NCBI GenBank assembly: GCA_965235115.1
Contig: OZ249436.1
Coordinates: 69,192,001 to 69,256,000, forward strand
Source: Laetmonice hystrix
Lineage: Eukaryota
Reading direction: 5' to 3'
DNA: 64,000 bases
The notes under the pieces were generated by a model. It was not told where the DNA came from and made no database searches. It was given only the letters and a program-made list of their open reading frames with translations. The position numbers were made by a program, and so were the translations under genes. The number at the start of each line of letters is the position of its first letter. Positions within the stretch are counted from its first letter, which is position 1. Positions 1 through 12,400 of the stretch are shown one piece after another.

Positions 1-515
1 AATGAGGCAAATATCAAAATGCAATCTTTGATGGAATTCGTACATCGACCCCTTTTTAGGCCTACCTATGGGTGCTGTAATTAAATATGTTCAGCTTTCT
101 GTGTTTTGGGTAGCAGAACTTTAACCTCGGGTTTCCTTTCCTGGAACTTTTGATGAAGACAAGTGGAAAGGGCTGGTACCAACGGAATGTTTTATTGATA
201 AGTTAGAAGCTGTTTTCTGCTTCGTGATAAAAATCGTACCGTTTTAGGAGATGGTTGGCTATATCTTTCCCACATCCTGCCGACTAGACCGTAGACGTCC
301 GTGTCTGAACCGTGTGTTAAGTGCGGGTCAGTAAGATTATGTCACGACCGGCAAGTTTATGACCTTGTCGTACGTCGACCGGCGGCCAGCATTGTTGTGA
401 CCGTTGTCTGAACAAGCTTGGACCGTCTCGACGCGACCGAACATTGTGGGCGGGCGGCCCGGTCCGGACAGCCGGCTGCCGACCGGCCGGCGGGGCGGCT
501 CTCGGTCAGTCCGCC

Positions 516-599
516 ATGTACGGCACCTCGCTCCTGGAGCGGGAGGTCGCCGGACAACATGACAGCACTGGGGCACGTCCCTGGCGGCGACAACACGAG
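516..599 (+). CDS. Possible first coding exon of the coiled-coil gene (MYGTSLLEREVAGQHDSTGARPWRRQHE)
   Basis: gccATG in a CpG-rich block; 84 nt, phase 0; weak donor GAG|gtgtgc. Phase-compatible with 790-847 and 2619-2746, but the region also has open frames on the minus strand. Confidence 0.25.
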
Positions 600-789
600 G
601 TGTGCACAGCCACTGCCAGGTGGCGCCACTTGGATGGTTGTAAATGTCCCACAGGTGTTGTGGACTCACCTGGCTGGGGGACATGGTCAGTGTGGGAGAT
701 GACTGATGGCCAGCTGGTCAGCTACCGTCAGCTGGCGCCACTGTCGGCCCCGGTCTGGAGGTGGACAGGGTATTAATGAGAACATGTAG

Positions 790-847
790 ATCGTGACACA
801 GGCCAACCAACTGGTGCTCGGGTTTCCTGGAACAGGCCTGAGACCAG
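790..847 (+). CDS. Possible second coding exon of the coiled-coil gene (IVTQANQLVLGFPGTGLRP)
   Basis: tgtag|ATC acceptor (weak pyrimidine tract) and CCAG|gtacag donor; phase 0 to 1, joins exon 2619 in frame (G+AG=Glu). Confidence 0.25.
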
Positions 848-1315
848 GTACAGGGGTCATCTTGTGTAGGTGGACAGGTTTGCCAGGGATAGGTCTGTCA
901 TCAAGAATTCCTGTTATAAATATATCCAAATCAAGTCCTCCCCCGTCCCTTGTAACCTCCAGTAATCTGCAGAGGTACTGTATACAGTTAATACTAGTGC
1001 AATAGCGTATTTCAATAGTATTTATTACGGGTGGCGATGTCGCGGCAGTCGGCTGGATTCTGTAAACAGATTGGTTAGAGTCATTTCATCCAGACAGTTT
1101 TACTTTTAGAAAGTCAGCTGGAGGGGGGGGGGGGCGAAACCCCTCCCTACACTGGGAACGCCTCTCGAGATGATCTTAAATTTATTGATAAACATGAGGA
1201 GGTAGAAGGTGAGGTAAAATAGAACCAGTTTGTGAGATGGTTAGCGTTTTACAACTGTGACTGTGAACAAGAAAGAATAGGCAGGCCAGTTGTGGTCTCA
1301 CCTGATGCTCCCACA

Positions 1316-1765
1316 ACCCCCCCCCCCCCGGTCCATACCCCCCCTCTCTTCCCCGTCCCCGGTCCGTACCCCCTCCCCTCCCTCCGGTCCATAACCCCCT
1401 TCCCCGGTCCATAACCCCCTCCCCTCCCCTTCCCCCGGTTCATACCTCCCCCTCCCCCTGGTCCATATCCCCACCTCTTCCCCCGGTCCATCCCCCTCCC
1501 CCTCCCCCGGTCCATGCCCCTCCCCCTCCCCCTCCCCTCCCCCTCCCCGCCCCCCTGGTCCATACCCCCTCCCCTTCCCCCGGTCCATATCCCCCTGGTC
1601 CATACCCCCACCCCTTCCCCCCGTCCATCCCCTCCCCCCTCCCCCTCCCCTCCCCCTCCCTCTCCCCCCGGTCCATGCCCCTCCCCCGCCCCCGGTCCAT
1701 ACCTCCCCCCCTTGGTCCATACCTCACCCTTTCCCCCCGGTATCCACTGTCCCCCTCCCCCCTCC
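1316..1765. repeat. C-rich low-complexity tandem repeat (ccccggtccat + C-runs), G-quadruplex-prone on the minus strand
   Basis: About 20 recurrences of ccccggtccat separated by C-rich spacers; generates the spurious Gly/Pro ORFs at 1249-1789. Confidence 0.9.
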
Positions 1766-2618
1766 CAGCGCGTCTTCACACTTTATTAGGCTCCAATTTT
1801 ACCAACAAACATTCCAGCTCCGGAGGGGCTGTTAGTGTCGGGATCGATTGGAGTTCCTCCAGTTGAAGAGAAGAAGCCATCCTCAACCTTGGCAACATGT
1901 CAAAGGTCACTTTGACCCCCCTCCAGCTCCTAACCACCCTCATACCCCCACTCACCCCACTCACCCAACAACTCAACTGTGAGTACAACCAGAGTAATCC
2001 TAGCCTAACCCCGCCGCTAGTGAAGACGGGAGGTGCTGAACTGTAAACAGTACCGTTAAGGTGGTTTTTGTCTTAAGTCAGCCGTCAGTGACTGAGTGGG
2101 CCAGACCGCTGAGAGAACTCCCGCCGTCCTCAGACCTACACGAGTGGCTAGGTATTGACACCAACTAAAATCTCCATCTGAAGTGCCTTTATAAATTTGT
2201 GGACAATGCTTTTAGCATTTCTCTCTCGACACCCATTGATTATGTCAGTTACCACAGGCCTTGGGTATGTGTGGCATGAAGTGACCAAAAGTCATCCAAG
2301 AACCAGTCATAGTCAGGTTAAACGTCTTTTAGATTTGTGTTTTGGGCTTCAGGTATCTTTTTGTTTTTGGTGGAGGGAGGGGGCCTCCCCAACTCGGTTA
2401 CTCCCTCCCAAAAACTTAGTTTCACCCCCCCCCCACCCCGTAAAAAGTCGTTTAACTCCCTCCCAAAAGTTGAAATGTTCCAGGAAATGGTAGCATGTAC
2501 GAGTGTGCATAACCTTCCGTGGCCTCCTGATCACCACGGCAAGGACGAGGAAGTTTTGAGCAAGTTTTATATGATATACTGCAGTCAGTGGAATGTGACT
2601 GTGTCCTGTTTGCTGCAG

Positions 2619-2746
2619 AGGGTCGCCACCTCCAGGACACGGGCAACCGGTTACGGACCAACATTACCGAACAGAAAGCTCTCAATGAAGCGGCCATGCA
2701 TGCTGATCTGGACATCAAGGCGCGGCACATCAACCAGAAAATGACC
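2619..2746 (+). CDS. Coiled-coil protein, internal exon (EGRHLQDTGNRLRTNITEQKALNEAAMHADLDIKARHINQKMT)
   Basis: ttgctgcag| acceptor, ACC|gtatgt donor; 128 nt, phase 1 to 0; joins the next exon in frame. Confidence 0.75.
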
Positions 2747-2979
2747 GTATGTCTCTCTCAGAAATTATATACTTCCAACAAGTTATGAAGGGCTAAAGAT
2801 CCGGTCGACAGGTGTTATACCCTCTTCAGATGGGCCCTTTCTGATGGAAGGGATACCAAGATCTCTGTTGTCAGATAAGCTACCAAGGAAAGCGATATTC
2901 TATACACGTACATGTACTAGTATTTGTTCCCTCCATATAAGGTATTCCCGATGACAATATTTTTCACCCCGACCTGTAT

Positions 2980-3718
2980 ACTGTATAATATACCTGATGT
3001 ATAATGTTATAACCACTTATTATACCTGATGTATCTGTAATGTTATAACCAGTATAATATACCTGATGTATCTGTAGTATTATAACCAGTATAATATACC
3101 TGCTGTATCTGTAATGTTATAACCAGTATAATATACCTGATGTATCTGTAGTATTATAACCAGTATAATATACCTGATGTATCTGTAGTATTATAACCAG
3201 TATAATATACCTGATGTATCTGTAATGTTATAACCAGTATAATATACCTGATGTATCTGTAATGTTATAACCAGTATAATATACCTGCTGTATCTGTAAT
3301 GTTATAACCAGTATAATATACCTGATGTATCTGTAATGTTATAATCAGTATAATATACCTCCTGTATCTGTAATGTTATAACCAGTATAATATACCTGAT
3401 GTATCTGTAGTATTATAACCAGTATAATATACCTGCTGTATCTGTAATGTTATAACCAGTATAATATACCTGATGTATCTGTAATGTTATAACCAGTATA
3501 ATATACCTGATGTATCTGTAATGTTATAACCAGTATAATATACCTGCTGTATCTGTAATGTTATAACCAGTATAATATACCTGATGTATCTGTAATGTTA
3601 TAACCAGTATAATATACCTGCTGTATCTGTAATGTTATAACCAGTATAATATACCTGATGTATCTGTAGTATTATAACCAGTATAATATACCTGCTGTAT
3701 CTGTAATGTTATAACCAG
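2980..3718 (+). repeat. 37-bp minisatellite (accagtataatatacctgatgtatctgtaatgttata), ~20 copies
   Basis: Visible tandem periodicity; the last unit ends in ...ttataaccag, which is the acceptor of exon 3719. Confidence 0.95.
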
Positions 3719-3874
3719 GAGCATGAGTCTCGGCGGCGGGCTGCGGCCACTGTGGCCATCCGTCAGAAGAAGGACAAGGTGGAGGCCCACGAGTCGCATT
3801 ACTCGGAGAAGTTCCAGCGACGACACACTGACCAGAACCGGCGAGAACACGAGGATCATCTCAAGTTCTTCCAG
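3719..3874 (+). CDS. Coiled-coil protein, internal exon (EHESRRRAAATVAIRQKKDKVEAHESHYSEKFQRRHTDQNRREHEDHLKFFQ)
   Basis: accag|GAG acceptor, CAG|gtaccc donor; 156 nt, phase 0/0; open, charged helical sequence continuous with flanking exons. Confidence 0.8.
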
Positions 3875-4228
3875 GTACCCACCGCCATCTAATATTCAAT
3901 AATTTTATATCAAGTTAGTCAAATTTCGGTTTCATCGGGGGAGATTTGAATGAAAGTAAATCTACTACTGTTTTTCATAAAGGTTTCGTGTACACAAAAC
4001 GTGAGGTCACATCGACACTATATAGATATACATACTATTTGTGTACCCACCGAAGGTATACTTGCATTGACACAGACTTGAAATTCTTTACACAAAAAAT
4101 GGATTATTTGCATTGCTATATGTGTCTTGTGGTAAATAACTGTTCGATTTATCTTGGGGTAATGTTGCCAGCGGAGGTTTGAATGTTTATACGTGAATGA
4201 AAAATAAAAAAACGTTGTGTTCCCACAG

Positions 4229-4456
4229 AAAATGGTACAGAAAGGGGAAGAACGGGAGCACAGTCTCTACAATCGCGTGCGTAACGCTGACTATGCACGT
4301 CAGAAACAGGAGCAGAACGTGCGTCGTCTCCAGAGTAAACTACATGACCTCAAGAAACAAAATGCGCAGAAACTCAAGGTCGAAATGACGGAGCTCAACA
4401 AAGCGGAGCAAGAAATTGAACAGAAGCTCATTCGTGAACAGGCAGAACTAGCCAAG
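4229..4456 (+). CDS. Coiled-coil protein, internal exon (KMVQKGEERE...EQKLIREQAELAK)
   Basis: ttcccacag| acceptor, AAG|gtgagt donor; 228 nt, phase 0/0; heptad-like E/K/Q/L-rich sequence (ORF 4217-4471). Confidence 0.85.
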
Positions 4457-4553
4457 GTGAGTGTACGGTGATCGAATCAGGTTATCAATATATTCGTGAA
4501 CAGGCAGAACTAGCCAAGGTGAGTGTACGGTGATCGAATCAGGTTATCAATAT
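4430..4553 (+). repeat. Perfect 62-bp tandem duplication of the exon end plus 5' splice site
   Basis: attcgtgaacaggcagaactagccaag|gtgagtgtacggtgatcgaatcaggttatcaatat occurs at 4430 and again at 4492. Confidence 0.95.
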
Positions 4554-5666
4554 ATTTCTGTTTTGCATCTTTGATGAAAATATTCTGAAAAAGTAAAAGT
4601 TGACATTTTTTTATATTCTGACTTGAAGTTGTATAACTTGTCATGACCGGCTTTCAGAAAAAAAGGGGGTAAAAAATTATTACTTTAGTACGTTTCTATA
4701 TTTATTTCAGAATTTTGATGTGGGAATGGTGCCTTTTCCATTCACGTTTATAAATTTAATTGAATTTTTAATTTTTTTTTATAACAAGCTTATATAAAAA
4801 TGTTATTTGATTTTAAAAATTCATTATAGATCCGTATAGATGTTTTCCATTTGAAGTTGTTAGTGTGCTTAAGAAAGTTTTCTATTATGTGCCTCGTACA
4901 GTCGTCTTTGTCCAGCTCCTTGAAAACGTGGAAGGGAACAAATCCAATATCGACACAAACACGGTTGTTTGAACGGGACCCGCGTTGGTCGTAATTACCT
5001 TGGACTTGTTTTGTGCTCATAACAGTGCATGATTGCCATGAGTGGTTCCTCTCACTGGTTCTCTGAAAAACATCTTGTCTTTCATCTAACGGACAATGAA
5101 TCGCACCTCATTGCCCGCTATCTTCATTCAATGGTTGCCCGTGCGGTATGGAGCATCGCGAGGACAAATTGTAATAAAATGTAGTGAAGAGGACGGATCT
5201 TGGAATTTATTACAGACTTGTGAAGTTGTAATCAGTGAGACACATCAGTTCGGACGGCGTGGTTGTAAATGTAACAGAGGTATTATAAAAACGGCGCGGC
5301 GGGTCTTATTTCATGTGCAGTGTCAATAATTGGCCAACAGTGTCTGCTAAGTGCCCCCTGTTTGTGTGGAAACGGGGCGTTTCAGATAGCCTCACGGAGG
5401 ACACGTGGTGGAGAACAAGGCAATAAAAGACTGCTCCCTTTGCGTGAGACACAAATTACAAGTCTTCACGACCATAGATTAAACCCATGAAGGATGGGAG
5501 TTTTTGTTCAATGCCTGATGTGGTGGTGTAGGGCTATGTGACGGAACCTTCATGTGATACGAGACAGCGATAGTAGTCCCCACTCCCCCGTGTAATTGTG
5601 GAGGGGGGGGGGGGGGGTGACTATTGCCGCATGTCGCCATCCGCCTGGCTCCTTTGATCGGCAATA

Positions 5667-7185
5667 TCCTCCAGTAAGCCAGGGTACTGGAGGAGGAAAC
5701 CTCAGGGTTGGATCATCCAGTGAGACAGGGTACTGGAGGAGGAAACCTCAGGGTTGGATCATCCAGTGAGACAGGGTACTGGAGGAGGAAACCTCAGGGT
5801 TGGATCATCCAGTAAGCCAGGGTACTGGAGGAGGAAACCTCAGGGTTGGATCATCCAGTGAGACAGGGTACTGGAGGAGGAAACCTCAGGGTTGGATCAT
5901 TCAGTGAAACAGGGTACTGGAGGAGGAAACCTCAGGGTTAGATCATCCAGTGAGACAGGGTACTGGAGGAGGAAACCTCAGGGTTGGATCATCCAGTGAG
6001 CCAGGGTACTGGAGGAGGAAACGTCAGGGTTGGATCATCCAGTGAGAGAGGGTACTGGAGGAGGAAACCTCAGGGTTAGATCATCCAGTGAGCCCGGGTA
6101 CTGGAGGAGGAAACCTCAGGGTTGGATCATCCAGTCAGACAGGGTACTGGAGGAGGAAACCTCAGGGTTGGATCATCCAGTGAGACATGGTACTGGAGGA
6201 GGAAACCTCAGGGTTGGATCATCCAGTGAGACATGGTACTGGAGGAGGAAACCTCAGGGTTAGATCATCCAGTGGGCCCGGGTACTGGAAAGGGAAGCCG
6301 GTGGGTTGGAACCTCAAGTGAGACAGGTTACTGGAGGAGGAAACCTTAGGGTTGGATCATCCAGTGAGACAGGGTACTGGAGGAGGAAACCTCAGGGTTG
6401 GATCATCCAGTGAGACAGGGTACAGGAGGATACCTCAGGGTTGGATCATCCAGTGAGACTGGGTACTGGAGGAGGAAACCTTAGGGTTGGATCATCCAGT
6501 GAGACAGGGTACTGGAGGAGGAAACCTCAGGGTTAGATCATCCAGTGAGACATGGTACTGGAGGAGGAAACCTCAGGGTTAGATCATCCAGTGAGACAGG
6601 GTACTGGAGGAGGAAACCTCAGGGTTGGATCATCTAGTAAGCCAGGGTACTGGAGGAGGAAACCTCAGGGTTGGATCATCCAGTGAGACAGGGTACTGGA
6701 GGAGGAAACCTCAGGGTTAGATCATTCAGTGAGACAGGGTACTGGAGGAGGAAACCTCAGGGTTAGATCATCCAGTGAGACAGGGTACTGGAGGAGGAAA
6801 CCTCAGGGTTGGATCATCCAGTGAGCGAGGGTACTAGAGGAGGAAACCTCAGGGTTGGATCATCCAGTGAGACAGGGTACAGGAGGAGGAAACCTCAGGG
6901 TTAGATCATCCAGTGAAACAGGGTACTGGCGGAGGAAACCTCAGGGTTAGATCATCCAGTGAGAGCAGGGTTGGATCATCCAGTGAGAGCAGGGTACTGG
7001 AGGAGGAAACCTCGGGTTTGGATCATCCAGTGAGAGCAGGGTTGGATCATCCAGTGAGACAGGGTACTGGAGGAGGAAACCTCAGGGTTAGATCATCCAG
7101 TGAGCCCGGGTACTGGAAAGGGAAGCCGGTGGGTTGGAACCTCAAGTGAGACAGGTTACTGGAGGAGGAAGGAACTGGGTTGGAT
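5667..7185. repeat. 46-bp minisatellite (catccagtgagacagggtactggaggaggaaacctcagggttggat), ~33 copies
   Basis: 46-bp period (e.g. ctcagggttg at 5701 and 5747) with point variants; degenerate at the right end. Confidence 0.95.
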
Positions 7186-9457
7186 CCTGGCATGACGGCG
7201 GCGGCGGCATCTCGGCAGGTACCTTTCATTTCCCAATCTCTCCGCTCAATGCACACCCAACTGACAGCTTACTATTGGCCCGATCCGCTTTGTCAGCCCC
7301 GACAGGCACCCACCACTTATGTGGCCAATTTCCCACATCGTGAACGACTTATCTGAAGCTGCCCTTCACTTAGATGACAGGAAATAAATATAAGAAGGCC
7401 CTTCAGTGCAATCAGCGTACGCTGCCCGTCTGTGGGTTACAAATGGCAGAGATACCAATCTGTATTATCCGTCGGATGGTGCCCCGAAGTTGCCCCGTTC
7501 CTTGTGTAGTAATGTCTTTATTATCACCGCCGGTGACGGGTATTGTAACTTTATAACAAATACCTACCCATGTACATGTCTAGTAGATTTAGCCCAATTC
7601 CTAACATTTTTATCACACTTTAACACTAGAAACGGAAAGGGGTGCTTTATTATAACCCGTACTATGTCAATGACAACACGCCATACAAAACTAGCCGTTA
7701 TGTTGGTGGACAGGAATCTGGCATCTACTGAGAGCGGAGTGCATTTACTGTCCCTACTTAACAGTGTACGTAAGCGGCCCTCATTTATTTGGTGTGTAGA
7801 GAGCGAGACGCGTAGAACGAACTTAAATCGGTTTATCATGTGAGTAAGGTCTGGTTGATAAAAGAGCGGAATCACGATGATCCTATCTGAGGACCGAGAG
7901 GTGATTGACATCAAAGGTTTACCTGTCAACCTGCCCTGGTTTGATCCAGTAAAGGTTTCAAGTGCTTTGACAGGGATGAATCGTCATCATGCAACCACAT
8001 TTTTATGAAACGTCTCTGAAATTGGAAGTCTACAAATATTGTAACAAGGGTTATGAACGATCAACAGCTTATGAACACATGAGTCAACGCGGGGCTGGTG
8101 TTCGCTGTGGTGCGTCAGTAAATGTATGTGTCATTGTAATTTGTTATGAGTTCAACATTTTTGCCAGGTTTATGTCCACACTTTAACTGCTGGGCAATGG
8201 AAGTTGCTGCCAGTGTAGTAAGAAGTGATACACACCATGTACATGATTCTTTGAACTTCTGAGGATGATATGATGCTATTTAGTCGGGGTTAGGTAAATA
8301 TATACATTAAGGGTTGTGTGTAGTACTACGTGTTGTTATGCACACGACTTCAGTCATGATAGACATCTTGCTGGAGTGGCTACATGGTTATGAATGTCAA
8401 ACACGTTTCGTATAATTGATACGTAATATGACAGATCCCCCTGGCCCTGGTGAGAGGCTTTGGTCACTCGTTCTGCCAATGACACAGATATATTCTCGTT
8501 CTCTTTGACGCCACTCATCCCACCTTTGCCCTCATCGCATTCAATCACTGAGGTTTGACGGGGAAAAGAACATAAATGTTAGGCATACACTCGCTGCAGT
8601 CCAATAACCTATAGTCATAAATACTCAGTAACTGTAGGGGACCAGAGAGACCGTATAAGGAGGTTTACTTAGGGTAGCCTTTGGGTTCCGTACATATAGT
8701 TAGTCTGGCCTTTAGGGCCCCTGCCACCGTATGTATGTTGTGACAGCGAGTCATCACTCTTATTAACGTTTGATCCCAGCATAGATCTAGATCCAAGGTA
8801 TCCGATATGTACACGGCCACCACGACGTTTTGTTCTCTTCATGTGTTGTTACAGAGATGTTGTAATGTGCTCATTTATTGTTTCAGGTGTAACTCATAAC
8901 GATATACCCACAGATAAGGCCTTCCCTCAGATCTGAAAACCATAATTAGCATTGTTTCATTATAATAATTAGAACAATGTCGATCACTCAGAGGTACATT
9001 AGTAATGTGAATTGGTCTCTTGAAGTTTTCGGATGTACTGATTACGTCGGTCAGGATGACTTATTATACACTGTGTTGATAACCCCAGGACGAAGTGTGG
9101 TATCGTACCCCGTCTGTACACCTAAGCCGGTAATTTACTTGTGGAGTCCTCTAAGTAGAAAATGTTAACTACCCGTGCTAACGGAGCGGAACTTTGATGT
9201 GAGATCTTTCAGCTTTCAGACTTGGATCGATTAGCGGAGTAACGGCATGGAGTGGTAACACGGAGCGCCTCCGTAATGAACCACTGTATTTATATGTTAT
9301 CTCCTAAAGCTGTCCATCATAGCCGTTATCATAGATCTAGTGTTGTTATTACCGGTACTCAGGTAAACCAAGGGGTTGAGTGTAGACGATGAGGATCCCA
9401 CGGTACGAGTGAGGACGGGCTGTGGGGGCCAACCGCAGGCTAAGCCGTCCATTCCCC

Positions 9458-12400
9458 GTACTCACACTCTCTGAACAGGTCGAGTTAGGGGTAGATTATC
9501 ACGATACTCACACACTCTGAACGGGTCGAGTTAGGGGTAGATTATCACGATACTCACACTCTCTGAACGGGTCGAGTTAGGGGTAGATTATCACGATACT
9601 CACTCTGAACGGGTCGAGTTAGGGGTAGATTATCACGATACTCACACACTCTGAACGGGTCGAGTTAGGGGTAGATTATCACGATACTCACTCTGAACGG
9701 GTCGAGTTAGGGGTAGATTATCACGATACTCACTCTGAACGGGTCGAGTTAGGGGTAGATTATCACGATACTCACACACTCTGAACGGGTCGAGTTAGGG
9801 GTAGATTATCACGATACTCACTCTGAACGGGTCGAGTTAGGGGTAGATTATCACGATACTCACACACCCTGAACGGGTCGAGTTAGGGGTAGATTATCAC
9901 GATACTCACACACCCTGAACGGGTCGAGTTAGGGGTAGATTATCACAATACTCCCACAGTCTGAACGGGTCGAGTTAGGGGTAGATTATCACGATACTCA
10001 CACACTCTGAACGGGTCGAGTTAGGGGTAGATTATCACGATACTCACACACTCTGAACGGGTCGAGTTAGGGGTAGATTATCACGATACTCACACTCTCT
10101 GAACGGGTCGAGTTAGGGGTAGATTATCCCGATACTCACACTCTCTGAACGGGTCGAGTTAGGGGTAGATTATCACGATACTCACACACTCTGAACGGGC
10201 AGAGTTAAGGGGGGTTCACACTTTCACGATAGCACTACGACCACGATAGACCACGATAAAAGGCATTCACGACAGACCAGGAGAGACCACGATATTAATG
10301 TTTCAAATTGCCCATGATGAGCACGATAGCGCTACGATTGCTGCGATAGCGCTGCGATAACCACGATACAGCTACGATAGTGCTAAGAAATCTCGATGGC
10401 GACAATGAAAATAGAGCTACGACAGTGTTACGACAGTGCTATGACAGTGGCGACAGACCTACGACAATCACGACATGTACGACATGTACGACTGAGCTAC
10501 AACTGCACAACGAGACCGTTACGATAGAGCTACGGAAAATCAGGCCGATAGCGCTACGGCTGAGCTACGACAGAGCTGCGACTTTGCCGACCTAGCTATG
10601 ACAGACCTACGATTTGGACGACAGAGCTACGAAAATGACGATAGCGCTACGACAGTCAGGACAGCACTACGACATATGACGACAGAGCTACGATATTGTA
10701 CGACAGAGCTACGATATATGACGACAAAGCTACGATGTCTATGAGTGCAGTACGACTGTCGTACATGTCGTACTGCTATCGGATTACTGTCGTGATCTAT
10801 CGTAGCCCTGTCGCGGTACTTCGTGACGCTGTCGTGGTCTGTCGTATGTATTCGTAGCTCTATCGTACCTCTATGGTGATACTATCGTAACTAACGTTAT
10901 TGTCGGCACTGTCGTGTTCCATCGTGACGATAGCACTACGACTTTGCCGATAAAGCTACGATAGAGCTACGATGGAGCTACGGTTGACCTACGACAGAGC
11001 TACGAATACACCCAGCATGATAGCACTACGTAATTTTTGAACATGTTCAAAATTTACGTAGCTTTTCAAGACAAGTATGCCGATACACCGCGATAGACCG
11101 CGATATACCAAGATAGCATCAAGATAGATCACGATAGATCTACGCTAGCTATATCGTGGTCGTTATCGTGAAAGTGTGAACCCCCCTTTAGGGGTAGATT
11201 ATCACGATACTCACACAGTCTGAACGGGTCGAGTTAGGGGTAGATTATCACAATACTCCCACAGTCTGAACGGGTCGAGTTAGGGGTAGATTATCACGAT
11301 ACTCACACACTCTGAACGGGTCGAGTTAGGGGTAGATTATCACGATACTCACACAGTCTGAACGGGTCGAGTTAGGGGTAGATTATCACGATACTCACAC
11401 AGTCTGAACGGGTCGAGTTAGGGGTAGATTATTACGATACTCACTCTGAACGGGTCGAGTTAGGGGTAGATTATCACGATACTCACACACTCTGAACGGG
11501 TCGAGTTAGGGGTAGATTATCACGATACTCACACAGTCTGAACGGGTCGAGTTAGGGGTAGATTATCACGATACTCACTCTGAACGGGTCGAGTTAGGGG
11601 TAGATTATCACGATACTCACACACTCTGAACGGGTCGAGTTAGGGGTAGATTATCACGATACTCACTCTGAACGGGTCGAGTTAGGGGTAGATTATCACG
11701 ATACTCACACACCCTGAACGGGTCGAGTTAGGGGTAGATTATCACGATACTCACACACCCTGAACGGGTCGAGTTAGGGGTAGATTATCACGATACTCAC
11801 ACTCTCTGAACGGGTCGAGTTAGGGGTAGATTATCACGATACTCACACACTCTGAACGGGTCGAGTTAGGGGTAGATTATCACGATACTCACACTCTCTG
11901 AACGGGTCGAGTTAGGGGTAGATTATCACGATACTCACTCTGAACGGGTCGAGTTAGGGGTAGATTATCACGATACTCACACTCTCTGAACGGGTCGAGT
12001 TAGGGGTAGATTATCACGATACTCACACTCTCTGAACGGGTCGAGTTAGGGGTAGATTATCACGATACTCACACACCCTGAACGGGTCGAGTTAGGGGTA
12101 GATTATCACGATACTCACACTCTCTGAACGGGTCGAGTTAGGGGTAGATTATCACGATACTCACACTCTCTGAACGGGTCGAGTTAGGGGTAGATTATCA
12201 CGATACTCACACACTCTGAACGGGTCGAGTTAGGGGTAGATTATCACGATACTCACACTCTCTGAACGGGTCGAGTTAGGGGTAGATTATCACGATACTC
12301 ACACTCTCTGAACGGGTCGAGTTAGGGGTAGATTATTACGATACTCACACACTCTGAACGGGTCGAGTTAGGGGTAGATTATCACGATACTCACACACTC

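Noticed and set aside
1249-1789. Gly/Pro-rich ORFs (extensin- or collagen-like)
   Set aside because: Artefacts of the C-rich tandem repeat; open in several frames.
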